A stretch of DNA of 64,000 nucleotides from a virus. The notes beneath the pieces were generated by a model, which was not told the origin of the DNA, did no database searches, and worked only from the letters and a program-made list of their open reading frames with translations. The number at the start of each line of letters is the position of its first letter. Position 1 is the stretch's first letter. The position numbers and the translations under genes are program-made. Positions 31,734 through 43,000 of the stretch are shown in pieces. Location: IMG/VR virus record IMGVR_UViG_3300010151_000009, positions 1 through 64,000 of that record; one strand, 5' to 3'.

Positions 31734-32125
31734 TATTTTTTAACCTTTTCGAACGATCTACCTCCAAAATACGCTCCGATTACAGTTATGAGTACTAGTT
31801 GAAGGAGGTCTGTCCATTTTTCTTCAACGTTAAATGCTATTTCTCCAGCATCAATAAAAATCATTAACACTGTAGAAACAACTAAAAATACAAGAACTGC
31901 TGGTCTAACATTCTTAGCTAACCAAGAATCAGAATTCATATCAGATTTCCAACGATCTGTTATTGTTTTCTCCATCTCTACTTCATAGTTAGAGATTAGT
32001 TCTTTTACTTTTTGTTCAGCTGCAAGCTTTTCTTCTTTTGATGTAGTTAAATCATCAATAACACCCCCAACTCCTTTAACTAACTCAGTAGCTCCACCTG
32101 AAAATATTGTACTTAATATACTCAT
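31733..32125 (-). CDS. Holin (3TM-holin/GTA-type)
   Basis: 130 aa. DSWLAKNVRP, two hydrophobic helices, C-terminal AYFGGRSFEK; adjacent to the endolysin candidate. Confidence 0.85.
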   Translation of the reverse strand: MSILSTIFSGGATELVKGVGGVIDDLTTSKEEKLAAEQKVKELISNYEVEMEKTITDRWKSDMNSDSWLAKNVRPAVLVFLVVSTVLMIFIDAGEIAFNVEEKWTDLLQLVLITVIGAYFGGRSFEKVKK

Positions 32126-32129
32126 AATT

Positions 32130-32600
32130 TTATTTTTTATCTAAATCTATATAGGTTATTGTTACTTCTTCTCCATCTTCTAAAGCTTTAGCAATTGGCG
32201 GATATACTCTCGCATACGCTTGAGTAGAACTACCAATGAATCCATCCTTTTTAATAATATTACTCGTTTGACTATCACCCAAGAGTAAACAACCTGCAGT
32301 ATGGTCATCAGTATTACCACAATGAATGAGAATATACTTAAAATTAGGTACATTACGCACATGAAGAGTGCCCCTATGTACACCAGGAAATCTTTTAACG
32401 TATTTTTCATGTAATCTTCCAACTGTTCTTAAAGTTATTTTATAAGTTCCTTGCGGAATTCTTGTTTCTGTTCTAATTTTCTCTTCTCTATACTCATCTT
32501 CTAGAGTATAACAAAGAAATTCTATACCATTCGTTACATCAAATAGCAGTCCGCTCGTAGAGTCTTTTTGACTACTAAATCTTAATACTTGTAACTTCAT
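32130..32600 (-). CDS. Putative endolysin (DUF5675-like)
   Basis: Motifs CYTLED, TRIPQGTY and NVPNFKYILIHCGNTDDHTAGCLLLG. The probable start is the ATG at 32600 (MKLQVLRF), overlapping the upstream TAA as TAATG, rather than 32615. Confidence 0.75.
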   Translation of the reverse strand: MKLQVLRFSSQKDSTSGLLFDVTNGIEFLCYTLEDEYREEKIRTETRIPQGTYKITLRTVGRLHEKYVKRFPGVHRGTLHVRNVPNFKYILIHCGNTDDHTAGCLLLGDSQTSNIIKKDGFIGSSTQAYARVYPPIAKALEDGEEVTITYIDLDKK

Positions 32601-32971
32601 TATCCTGCTGTCCAATAGCCAAACTCAATCTCCGGTGTATTTGCAGATGCTTTAGCAATTAGACTCATTTCCTCTTCATTTAAAGCTGTTTTATAAAAAC
32701 AGATTTCTCCTGGTCCTAATAGAGCCATGCCAACAGCGCCATGAAGAATTGTAATAGTATCTGTAGTATCTTTATTTTGAGCATAAAGCCAAGTTGGTTT
32801 AGTCATTGCTATAGTATGTAAAGTCACTCCTGCAACTGACGTTGCTATTATAGAAGTATTTACTAAAGGACTTTCAACCGTTAAAGTATCTGATACATTA
32901 AGACCATATGATTCTGTAGTCGAAATATTGATGCTAGTAAGTCTTAGGTTTGGTGTTAATGTTCTTGCCAT
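32600..32971 (-). CDS. Hypothetical beta-rich virion protein
   Basis: 123-aa ORF, translationally coupled to the downstream gene. Confidence 0.55.
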   Translation of the reverse strand: MARTLTPNLRLTSINISTTESYGLNVSDTLTVESPLVNTSIIATSVAGVTLHTIAMTKPTWLYAQNKDTTDTITILHGAVGMALLGPGEICFYKTALNEEEMSLIAKASANTPEIEFGYWTAG

Positions 32972-33003
32972 AATTTCTAATTTATTTATTTATTAATTTA
33001 TTT

Positions 33004-33381
33004 TTATAAGTATTCATTTATAACGGCTTGAACTTCTTTTTTCGTTGCCCCCATCTTAAATCTTAGACAGGCTTCAAATCGTTCAACCTCTTTTCCGTTA
33101 AAAACTATTATTGTTGGTACATATCGGATATTATATTTAGCTTTTATTTTTGTCAGCATAGCTTCATTAGTTATAAGTATCCTTGTTACTCCACAATTTT
33201 GTAAAGAGTCCAGCCAATTTACACTATTATCTTCGTTCCATCCAGCATTAAATTCTACAACACAAAGGTCTTGTTTACAAAATTTAGTACTCTGTCCAAA
33301 TGCAGTCCCACAAATAACTATAAAAATTATAACTAAAATATATACACAAAATATTCTCCAAGTATCTGTAATTTTATTCAT
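33004..33381 (-). CDS. Exported/membrane-anchored thioredoxin-fold protein lacking the canonical CxxC
   Basis: N-terminal hydrophobic signal, then VVEFNAGWN (where WCxxC is expected) and YNIRYVPTIIVFNGKEVERF (cis-Pro loop of the Trx fold). Confidence 0.65.
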   Translation of the reverse strand: MNKITDTWRIFCVYILVIIFIVICGTAFGQSTKFCKQDLCVVEFNAGWNEDNSVNWLDSLQNCGVTRILITNEAMLTKIKAKYNIRYVPTIIVFNGKEVERFEACLRFKMGATKKEVQAVINEYL

Positions 33382-33643
33382 AAAGTTTTTGTTTTATAAG
33401 TTTAATATCTTCTTTCATTTCTATAATATCGTCTTGAGTATTCATAATAGTTTGACGCACTAATTCATCTTTCATGTCAAACTCTATCCTAGTTACATCT
33501 TGTACAGGAAGTTCCTTTGCTTCTGTAATTTCTGCTTGTAAAGTAAAGTACATTGCTGTAATTGCTACTAAGGTTGTTCCTATTGTTATTAAAGTTTCAA
33601 CACTCAGTATAAATTTTGTTTTTTTATTAAGTTCTGTTGTCAT
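33374..33643 (-). CDS. Small membrane protein with coiled coil
   Basis: 89 aa, one TM segment followed by heptad repeats. Confidence 0.6.
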   Translation of the reverse strand: MTTELNKKTKFILSVETLITIGTTLVAITAMYFTLQAEITEAKELPVQDVTRIEFDMKDELVRQTIMNTQDDIIEMKEDIKLIKQKLYE

Positions 33644-33648
33644 GTGTT

Positions 33649-33888
33649 TTATTGTTCTTCTTCTTCAGTCCAGTCTTTACTTTGTAAAATACCAATCATT
33701 TCATGATGATTATATTCTCTTTTACCATCTAAAAAATTAGGTGTCTCACCGTCAAATTTTACAAAAGTTTCTGAATCATCAAGTGAATATCTTAACGTAG
33801 ATATTGATGTTTCATTTACCTGTGTAAAATCAATTGTTCCAACTTCTGAGGAATCTATTATTATATATTTTCTATGTTCGTAATTCAT
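33649..33888 (-). CDS. Small hypothetical phage protein (tail-fibre associated)
   Basis: 79 aa, IDFTQVNETS..TLRYSLD, directly after the LamG fibre gene. Confidence 0.6.
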   Translation of the reverse strand: MNYEHRKYIIIDSSEVGTIDFTQVNETSISTLRYSLDDSETFVKFDGETPNFLDGKREYNHHEMIGILQSKDWTEEEEQ

Positions 33889-33890
33889 TT

Positions 33891-35825
33891 TTATGGTCTA
33901 TCTGTTGATTTAAGTATGTCTGGATTATTACTATTTCCAACACTAATGTTATTTTCATTTATAGAATCTGTTAAAATATCACTAGATCCATCAAATGTGT
34001 CATCATTAATTTTGTAATATCCAATTAGTTTATCCGATGATCCTTCTAAGCCTGCTAAATTTACACTACTTCCAGGAGTACCAGAAGGATTAATAGCTTC
34101 CATTTCTTCGTCTGATAAAGTATTATTATAAACACCAATATTAGCAATATGTCCCATATCTCTATAGATATTTACTTTTAATCCTGATTCAGCGTTAAAT
34201 GCAGTTAGAAAGTTTTCATCTGCTATAGTTCCAAGATCAGTTCCATTAGCAAAACAAGTCATTGAGCCATTTGTCTTGTCTACAGAAAATGTAAGATGAT
34301 TCCAAGAAGTCATTGATATTGAAGGATTTCCTGTTGTAAATCCAGCATAAAACCAAGTACCCTCTATCCTTATTCTAAGAAATGGATACGTTGAATTTCC
34401 ATGCATTGTAATTTGATTATTATCATCCCACTTCAAAATAGTCCACCATGTATTTCCTACTGCTTGTGCTTTAAACCAAAAAGTAAAAGCAAAATTATGA
34501 TCGTCTATAGTCCATAATTCATCACTAAATTCCGGACTTAATACATACCCCCATGCAGCATCTGCAAAATAAGAATGTGTTGAGTATCCTGCTGTAGCAA
34601 TATTATAAGGACCAAATGTTTGAGTTTGTATATCTTCTCCATCTACATTTTTTGTATATAATGTAATATCCTCACCTGCTTCCGCAGGAGTCCATGTATA
34701 TGTTTCACCAGTATTTATTAATTCTAACATATCTGCATCTGAATACCAAGTTACTACTGCATTAGCACCTGCTTTAGGTTGAAAGAAAGATGTTTCCTCA
34801 TCTATATAAACAGATGAAGGAATAGTTCCACCTACAAATAAAGGTAATTGACTTGTTGTAATACTTGATACAGAAGTAACTGTAGCATTTATTAAAGTCA
34901 TATTTAAATCGTTATCAGCTATTTTATTAGTAATGGTTGTATTTGAATCTACTTCTGTATCTAAATACCAATAATTTGTTGGTTGTATACCAGCAGTTCT
35001 TGGATCTACAGCCATTATTTTTGATTGATTAAGAGTTCCACCAGTAGGCGGATCCTCACCTGCTCTTGCTCCTCCATCATATATATCATTTACTTCTGCT
35101 AAACTTAATGCTCTATCTTTATAAAAAGATAATGATCCAAAAGTAAAATCATCTCCAGTTTGATGTTGGATATATCTTAGATTATGTTCAAGAGTTGCTG
35201 GATATATTGTATAATCAGATGGTCCTCCTGCATATTGTTGAGAATAGTATGTAACTTCTTTTCCATTTACATATAGTTTAATATCAGTTAAAGTAGTAGA
35301 AGTTGTTTTTACAATTGTAGCTTTATGCCATCCCCCTACATTTTGTACTCCTGTTAAATGATCAGTTTCAGCATTACCATCTCCCTGTATATAAGCCCAT
35401 CCTCCAGGACTATTGTCATCATACCAAGTAGCAGGATAAAACATCCATACACGTAATTTTATTTTTGCAGTACCTGATACATAAGCTTGAAGATTCATAT
35501 ATCCTTCTGATGTATTATTAGATCTTACTTCAAATTGAAAAATTTGATTTCCACTTATTAATCCATTATGTACTCTAAATTCCACATCAAAAGTCCATGC
35601 TTGAGTAGGATCTTCTAACATATTAAGCATTGCCTGTAAATTAGCTGGTGGTTCTCCTGAACTGTCAGATACCTGAAATCTATCATTAGAACCATCAAGA
35701 TACATAGATTTAGTATAAACTTGTCCTCCTGTAGGAGCAGACCATTCCCCTCCTCCTCCTCCTTCTACTATGGGGGCTTTTCTAATCCTCTTAACGGATA
35801 AGCTATTTCCAAATGCTAGTCTCAT
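33891..35825 (-). CDS. Tail fibre/receptor-binding protein with two LamG/concanavalin-A-like domains
   Basis: First domain SMYLDGSND...WHKATIV..LYVNG...ALSLAEVNDIY; second domain FAFTFWFK...WNHLTFS...FANG...YNNTLSDEE...LIGYYK. Confidence 0.75.
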   Translation of the reverse strand: MRLAFGNSLSVKRIRKAPIVEGGGGGEWSAPTGGQVYTKSMYLDGSNDRFQVSDSSGEPPANLQAMLNMLEDPTQAWTFDVEFRVHNGLISGNQIFQFEVRSNNTSEGYMNLQAYVSGTAKIKLRVWMFYPATWYDDNSPGGWAYIQGDGNAETDHLTGVQNVGGWHKATIVKTTSTTLTDIKLYVNGKEVTYYSQQYAGGPSDYTIYPATLEHNLRYIQHQTGDDFTFGSLSFYKDRALSLAEVNDIYDGGARAGEDPPTGGTLNQSKIMAVDPRTAGIQPTNYWYLDTEVDSNTTITNKIADNDLNMTLINATVTSVSSITTSQLPLFVGGTIPSSVYIDEETSFFQPKAGANAVVTWYSDADMLELINTGETYTWTPAEAGEDITLYTKNVDGEDIQTQTFGPYNIATAGYSTHSYFADAAWGYVLSPEFSDELWTIDDHNFAFTFWFKAQAVGNTWWTILKWDDNNQITMHGNSTYPFLRIRIEGTWFYAGFTTGNPSISMTSWNHLTFSVDKTNGSMTCFANGTDLGTIADENFLTAFNAESGLKVNIYRDMGHIANIGVYNNTLSDEEMEAINPSGTPGSSVNLAGLEGSSDKLIGYYKINDDTFDGSSDILTDSINENNISVGNSNNPDILKSTDRP

Positions 35826-35827
35826 TT

Positions 35828-36319
35828 TTATCCTGCTTTATAAAGAATTACCGGTCCTCCTGAAGCTATCTCCATTTGTGTTACATCTGCATATATAACA
35901 GTTCCAGCGGGATAAGTTGTTGCCATTGTTCCAGAACAATTAGTAGCTGCAAATGCTCCAAGTTCTGTTTCATTGATAAACTGTGCAGCATAATATGTTC
36001 CTGCTTCAGGTTCAACAGCTCCTGATGTATGTACTAAAAATCCATGTTTCCCAAAAGATAATTTATCTAAGCTATCTGTTCTAGTTGCCACAGTTGCTAC
36101 AGAACCAGCAGTATTTGTATTCTGAGTTGCAGAAGTTGCAGCTGAAGTAGCTATAGCTGTATTCTGGGTTGCTGATGTTGCTGTTGATGTTGCTATTGCG
36201 GTAGTTTTTGTTGCTGTTAAAGCTATGTTAGTATCATCCAATGTAACATCCCCAGTCATTGCTACTTGTTTATCTACTAGTTGTTTTAAGAGTATCTCTC
36301 TATCTGTTCGTGGTTTCAT
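35828..36319 (-). CDS. Hypothetical virion protein with Ala/Thr-rich repeats
   Basis: 163 aa. Repeated TAIATS(T/A)ATSATQNT and a beta-rich C-terminus (YPAGTVIYAD). Confidence 0.6.
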   Translation of the reverse strand: MKPRTDREILLKQLVDKQVAMTGDVTLDDTNIALTATKTTAIATSTATSATQNTAIATSAATSATQNTNTAGSVATVATRTDSLDKLSFGKHGFLVHTSGAVEPEAGTYYAAQFINETELGAFAATNCSGTMATTYPAGTVIYADVTQMEIASGGPVILYKAG

Positions 36320-36324
36320 ACTAT

Positions 36325-36741
36325 TTATTCATTTATTAATAATTTAATACCTGTTAATTGTTTACCTGAAATGTCTTCAGGGAGCACCTCGTGAGGTATT
36401 TTTTCAAGGTGAATTTCTATTTCTTCTGTTAACATTCCATCTACTTTTTCTAGTTGTACCTTTCTCTCATCTACTAACGCTTTATTTTCTTTTTCAAGTT
36501 CTTTTACCATGTCTTGTCCATTTTCTGGATTAGCTTGAGCAATTTCTTGAACTCTGTTAGCAAGTTTCATAAATTCTTCAGAAGGTTTTCCTATCTCTTC
36601 AACTTCCTTTAAAGCAGTTTTAATAATTTGGATATTTTTACTTACAAGTAAACCAAAAGATTTTCCTGGCATTTCTTGAACGTTAAATAATCCATTAATT
36701 GTTTCTACTAATTCTCTTTTTTGTACATTGATCTTTGTCAT
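36325..36741 (-). CDS. Hypothetical coiled-coil protein, possible fibre assembly chaperone
   Basis: 138-aa helical, charged ORF in the tail-fibre cluster. Confidence 0.5.
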   Translation of the reverse strand: MTKINVQKRELVETINGLFNVQEMPGKSFGLLVSKNIQIIKTALKEVEEIGKPSEEFMKLANRVQEIAQANPENGQDMVKELEKENKALVDERKVQLEKVDGMLTEEIEIHLEKIPHEVLPEDISGKQLTGIKLLINE

Positions 36742-36771
36742 TTTAATTTGATTTTGATTATTAATTATTGT

Positions 36772-37080
36772 CTAAGGTTGGTTTATTGGTAGTGCATTTT
36801 CACAATCGTCACAGTGCTGATTTACAAAATTAACAAAATAATTATAATATTCGTCCTTTTGTAGCATATTTGTCACTAAATCACATGTATATAAGCACTC
36901 TAGGCCATCTTTAAGTATAAGATACTCAATAAAAAGTATTACCCATGTGTGTAAAGTACTACAATGATCAAGCATGCCTAATTGTATTTTATTTTGATAT
37001 CGAGTCCCTCTAACTACTAAACATTGTTTTAGTTTTGCTAGTAAGGCTTGATGTTGTTGTGGTGGTGGTGTCCAAGTCAT
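36772..37080 (-). CDS. Hypothetical protein, possible tail-hub subunit
   Basis: 102 aa, C-terminal HCDDC, lies downstream of the giant fibre gene. Confidence 0.45.
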   Translation of the reverse strand: MTWTPPPQQHQALLAKLKQCLVVRGTRYQNKIQLGMLDHCSTLHTWVILFIEYLILKDGLECLYTCDLVTNMLQKDEYYNYFVNFVNQHCDDCENALPINQP

Positions 37081-37092
37081 AATTTTAAATTT

Positions 37093-40000
37093 TTAAATTG
37101 AATCTGGGTCGCTTTGACAATGGCTTATATTTAAATAATATCCCATTAATGTCTCAACACAGTTACATGGGCCATCACAACATGGTACCCACGCCATTCT
37201 ATTACTATCTATGTTTCCAGGATCTAAAACGTCTGATATATGTATTGTAGCTATATCAGGTGATCCACTCCAAGGTGATATATTAGCACAAAAAGCTAAT
37301 CCAGCACCATAAGTATTCAAAGGATCATCTACATATCCTGCAGTTCCAGATGCTTTTACTAATTTTGCTTTTAAGGCATTTCCTTTAGCAGCACTTAAAC
37401 TATAAGCATGTGTAATAGCACCTACAATATAATCTCCCCATGTTATATATGTACCCGGGAAACACGTATTTGAAATAGCTATTATTCTTCTTTTAATTTG
37501 GCTAGTTCCTGAAATAGCATTGTCCTCACAACACTCGTCTGGCCAATTGGTATTACAAGGGTCACAAGTTAATCCTCCGTATGTAGATAAATCTGCCCAA
37601 ATTCCATGTAATGAAACAATTCCATTACATAAGGTTTCTGCATTAGGCCAGCAATTATATGCAGCAAAATCTATTGCATTTTGCAATCCTAAAGTAACCA
37701 TAGCTCCACAATCTTGCCATAATACTAGTGGATTAACTGCACATGTATCTATTGCTGTAGCCGGTACGGGTATACAATCAAATCTAGGACAGTACTCACA
37801 ACAATCAGGTCTAAGATCTAAATCTAAATCAGGACATGGAATAGTTGCGGTCGAATCATAGTTTAATGCTTCAGGATCAGTACATCCTTCACCAGGATAT
37901 ATACAACAACAGTCACATGTAGCTGCCGCGTCATAATTTATTGCTGTTGCATCCATACACCCATAAACACAGTAATCACAACATGGTGGAACTCCTGTAG
38001 TGTTTGGAATAAGTGCTGGTGTAGATCCATCACAATTTGCAGTAGCTGCTGGATTGTAATTAGTAGCTGCTGGATCCATGCAATCACAAAGTGTAAAGTT
38101 ACTAACTACAATTGGAACACAGTGTTCAGCACAAATTGCTTGAGGGAAATTAGCACAAGCATTCCACACTTCATCATGACAAAATTGATATGTATCATTT
38201 CCTGTAATAGGAGCACTATAAGTTGCGGTATATGACCCTGGATTAGGGGGCACAGTATCAACACCACTAGCAATAATAGCTCCGGAACTATTTTCAAATC
38301 TCCAAGTTATAGTTCCTCCACAAGCTGGATTCACGCCATTAGCCATACAATTAAGTCCAGCAAAAATAGTACCATTTGTAACACATCCTCCTGCAATATT
38401 TGTCCATGTAGTTACTCCACATCCACATCCACTTACCGTTGTACAACAAGGATTACAATTCTGATGTAATGACCAATCAGGCGGGTTAGCTGCATTTGTG
38501 TTAATAGCAGGTTGAACTGTATTACACGGTGCAGAATTATAATAATTAGGAGAACTAGAATTACTACAAACATTCACTAGTACATTTTGTTCTCCAGATT
38601 CAAAACATTGATCTCCTTCAGTATGACCTGTAGAAGGTATTAATTTATAAGCATACCAACCCCAATCTAATCCTGTAAATGTAAATGTTGGAATTGGTAA
38701 TCCTCCTTGAGAAGAAATTAATATAGCTCCACCTGAACTCCAATCGTTACCATTTGCAGTAGTAGCATAAAGTTCAATAGTCCATGTTATTGGTGCAAAA
38801 GGAATATAATAAGACGTTACAGCCATTCCAGGAGCATTTCCAACTACTGATAAAGTTCCATCTGCTGGTGCTCCACAATTAGTAGATACCTGAGTGGAAG
38901 ACGAAGTAGGTCCACTCGGACCAATTATATGTCCTAAATCATCTGCAGCTCCTACTATTTGAGTATAATCTTCAATCCATCCAGTTGTAGCATCACAATA
39001 TCTACAATCTACAACTGAACTTCCAGTAGCAAATGGATCATAATTTAATGCAAGTGGATCAGTACACCCAGCTGTACATTGACTACATGATAAATCATCA
39101 CAAACAGCTGCTGGATCAAAGTTACATACATCATATCCATCTACACAAGGGAATATACATGGATTACCCAAACTATCATTACCATTTATATCTGGATTTG
39201 ATCCAGGGGTAGTATCTGTACATCCCATTGGACAACAAGGTCCAGGACATGTGCAAGTTGGACAATACCATGGATTTAATGAATCTTGACATCCTGCAGT
39301 ACAATTTACACAACATGAAATATCTCCATAAGTTCCTGCGAATACATATGCTGTACTACCAGGAGGATTTCCAACGCAGTCACATGTTGCAGTTGCATCA
39401 TAATTTCCAGGGAAAGAATAATTAACCCAATCCATACACCCATTCGCACAAGGTTGACAACATGAGTCATATCCAAGATTCATTGGTCCTGAAGTAGCAT
39501 CTCCAGGTATTGTTAAAGGATCACCATTACAATCACAGGTTGCTGTTGGATCATAATTTATATATCCAGGAGTTACTGCACATCCTGTATTACAGTACTC
39601 ACAACAACATCCATCTGCATTTGTTAAAATAGTTTGACCGCCTACGCATGGGGCTCCAAACGTTCCATCACAAGGACAATCTGCTGTTACATCATAATTA
39701 GTTGCTACAGGATCCATACATCCATAAGTTGTACAATATAAACAACAATCATTATCATTTACTATATTATAAGGATTAACACTATTACAAGGGCATCCCG
39801 CTGAAGCATCAAAGTTTATAGCAGTTGGGTCAGTACATCCAGGATAAGTACAACATGTAGTTGATGCTCCTCCCATTACTTGATCACAATCCGCGCATGC
39901 AGCTGCATCATAATTACAAGCTCCAACTAAAGTAGCATGATTCGCATTAACGGTTGTAATATCTGGGCATCCATCTATTAAACAACAAGAACCATCATCA

Positions 40001-43000
40001 CAAGTTGCAGTTGGGTCAAAATTAAAAGCTAATGGATCTGTACATCCATAAACACACGGAATACAACAACAATCAGGTCCGGTTTGGCCTAAGACGCATG
40101 GAGGCCCGTATAAAGCAGCTAATGGATCTGAATCATCACAATGACAAGTAGCAGCAGAGTTATAATTAGAAGCTAATGGATCCATACATCCGTATATACA
40201 ACAAGCTGGTGTAGGAGTTCCTACTGTTACTTGCCAAGATGTAGCAAACATTCCTAATGTTCCTGATCCTATAGTTGTAGCTGTATTTACATCTATAAGA
40301 CTCCAAGCTAAATAATTTCCAATAATATCAGGAGGAACTACTAAACAAGTCTCTACAAGATAACAATCATCTTCAGCACAAAATATATCAGCTGAGAATG
40401 TAGTAATAGTAGGATATGCAACACTATTTGAAGTCCAAGTATATGGTCCATATACTGTTCCTGTATTTTGACCTGTAAGAGTAATAGTACAAGTATCCCA
40501 TGCTAGATCCATTCCACTTAAATTATCATCAGATAATACTAATTCAATTTCAGTTTGTCCAGGAGGACACCCACAACAATCATTATCATCTGTCCCATCA
40601 CATAATGTACAACATGGGCAGGTAGCTAGTGGATTATAATTTCCTGCTGTTGGGTCCATACAACCACATACAGGTAAAGTAATAGCTTGTGTATATTCAT
40701 GATTACATACTGTTCCGTCTGCATAAGTTACTGTAGCAATCCATTTATATGTACCATCTCCATTAGCAAAGTATGGTGCTCCAGAGTTAAGTAGTGTATT
40801 ACAATCTTCTATAATTGAATGTGTATATGTTGTATTTACCCCACTATCTGTCTGCACATTAGCATTTATAACAGTAAATACAGCAGGAGCAATTTCATAT
40901 GAAAGTGACCATACAACAGTGGTAATAGGAGATGGACCTGGAGTAGGGCAAGTTAACATAACCCACATATCTACTACACATGGACCATTTGTTGCTCCAG
41001 TTCCAGAAGTTAATCCAGTACATTGAGCACAAGGAGTTGGATAAATACAACATCCATCATCATATCCAGGATTAGTAATTGTAAACCCAGCACAATTATC
41101 TAATAAGTTTGTGGCAGGTGTTCCAGGATATAATGATCCAAATCCTCCCATATTATTAATATATGTCATAGGCATAGACCCATCATCTAAACATGCAATA
41201 CAACTACCATCATCTATAGTAGCTCCAGCATTATAATTTGTAGAATTAACATCTGTACACCCATATGTAGCAACACAAACTGAACAATTAGTCGTAGCAT
41301 GTGTTGCTGCTACTGTTGCAGGAACAAGAGCAGGATTAGGTAGTGGTAATCCAGGTCCTGGTAAGGGAAGCATAGAATAATTATATGTATTAGGTAAAAC
41401 AGGCCATGTATCATGACATACCTGTCCCACATATTCCCAGCATGTAAGTGTAGTACCCCATCCACCACCATTAGTATAATATGGCATCATCACTGTTTCT
41501 CCCGGAAGAATTGAAGCTCCTAATGCAGTTTCGAAAGCATCAAACCAATCTTGATTGTCATCTACAGTTTGAGCTATTGTACTTGCAACAGGAGCAAAGA
41601 ATTCATTGGATCCATTACATGTCTGAAATATATGCCAATAATGACAACAAGAATTCCATCCTACAGCAGTAGTACCTGCAGCTGTACCATCACAGTTATT
41701 AGTCCAAACATTACTATAATCACCAGCACAAACATCTAAACATCCATTTGTACCATATGTACAAGTTCCATCATCACAATCAGCTGCTGCATTATAGTTA
41801 GATGCTAAAGGGTCTGTACATCCACATACTTCTAAAACTACAGCAGTTATTGGACTACTATAATTACATTTTGTACCGCTAGCACCTCCATAATATAATG
41901 AAATATTTACTTGATAATTTCCGGCTCCATGAATAAACTCATCTATTGAATTAATACAATCATAAGAATATGTTGCACTAATAGGGTCTGTAATAGGGAG
42001 TCCTGCAAAACTTGTTCCTGCAACTAAAGTATTAGCCCCACCTGGATCAAATCTTAATTCAATATCATAAGTAGCAATTACTCCATTTGTAATTAAATCA
42101 CATGTAAATAAAAAGTCATAATCAGTTGGACATGGATTTGATGCATTTGCAGTAAAGGTATTTGTTATAGAAGGAGGATCACAACAAGGATATATACAAC
42201 AACTTGTATCAGGACCTCCTAACGTACATAAACAATCAGCATTATAAGATGCACTATAATTAGCTGCAGTTGGATCCATACAGCCTTCATAAAGACAACA
42301 AGTATCAACTCCCCATGTTCCTCCAAGTATATAAGCTGCACTTCCTGGCAGATTATTATTACAATCTGTTGTACAGCCTACACAGGTATTACACGCAGCT
42401 GGATCCATACATCCTGGTATACACATAAAACAAGAGCCATCATCTATACAAGCCATTGGATCGTAATTACACATCATTGGATCAGTACATCCTAGTGTAG
42501 TACAACAAGCAATAGTACTATTAAATGAAGATTGATGTAGTACAATTTCAATTAAACTATTTGTACAATTTCCCCAATCAGCAGATCCTATAGTATTACT
42601 TATTTGTGCTCCAGTCGCAGCTCCAGTTATTAATTGATGACAGGTATTTATAAGAGCATCAGTGATAGGTCCAGGTGTAGTAACTGTATGATATACAAAC
42701 CCTAATGCATTCGTAGTTCCTATAAGTACATTTCCTCCTCCATTTAGCTCTAGATGTATATCATAACCAGTAACTGGTACACCAAATTGATCTACTACAC
42801 TTATAGCTAAACAATGACAATCTGCACACCCACAAACTCCACTTCCTCCTAATGTATATAAAAAAGGAGTTATAGTATTAACAAAACTAGTTGTTGTTAC
42901 TCCCACATCAAAATGTTGTTGAGCTAAATCCCATCCATAATTATCTAAACCACCATATCCTGCATCATGTAGAAGAGCACTTCCACTTCCTCCAGGAACA

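Noticed and set aside
37790-42500. Recurrent GGATC...CATCC DNA words resembling a CRISPR array or DGR repeats
   Set aside because: Spacing is irregular and identity is at the protein level (GCxDP) with synonymous variation. There is no cas gene, reverse transcriptase or adenine-specific TR/VR pair in the window.
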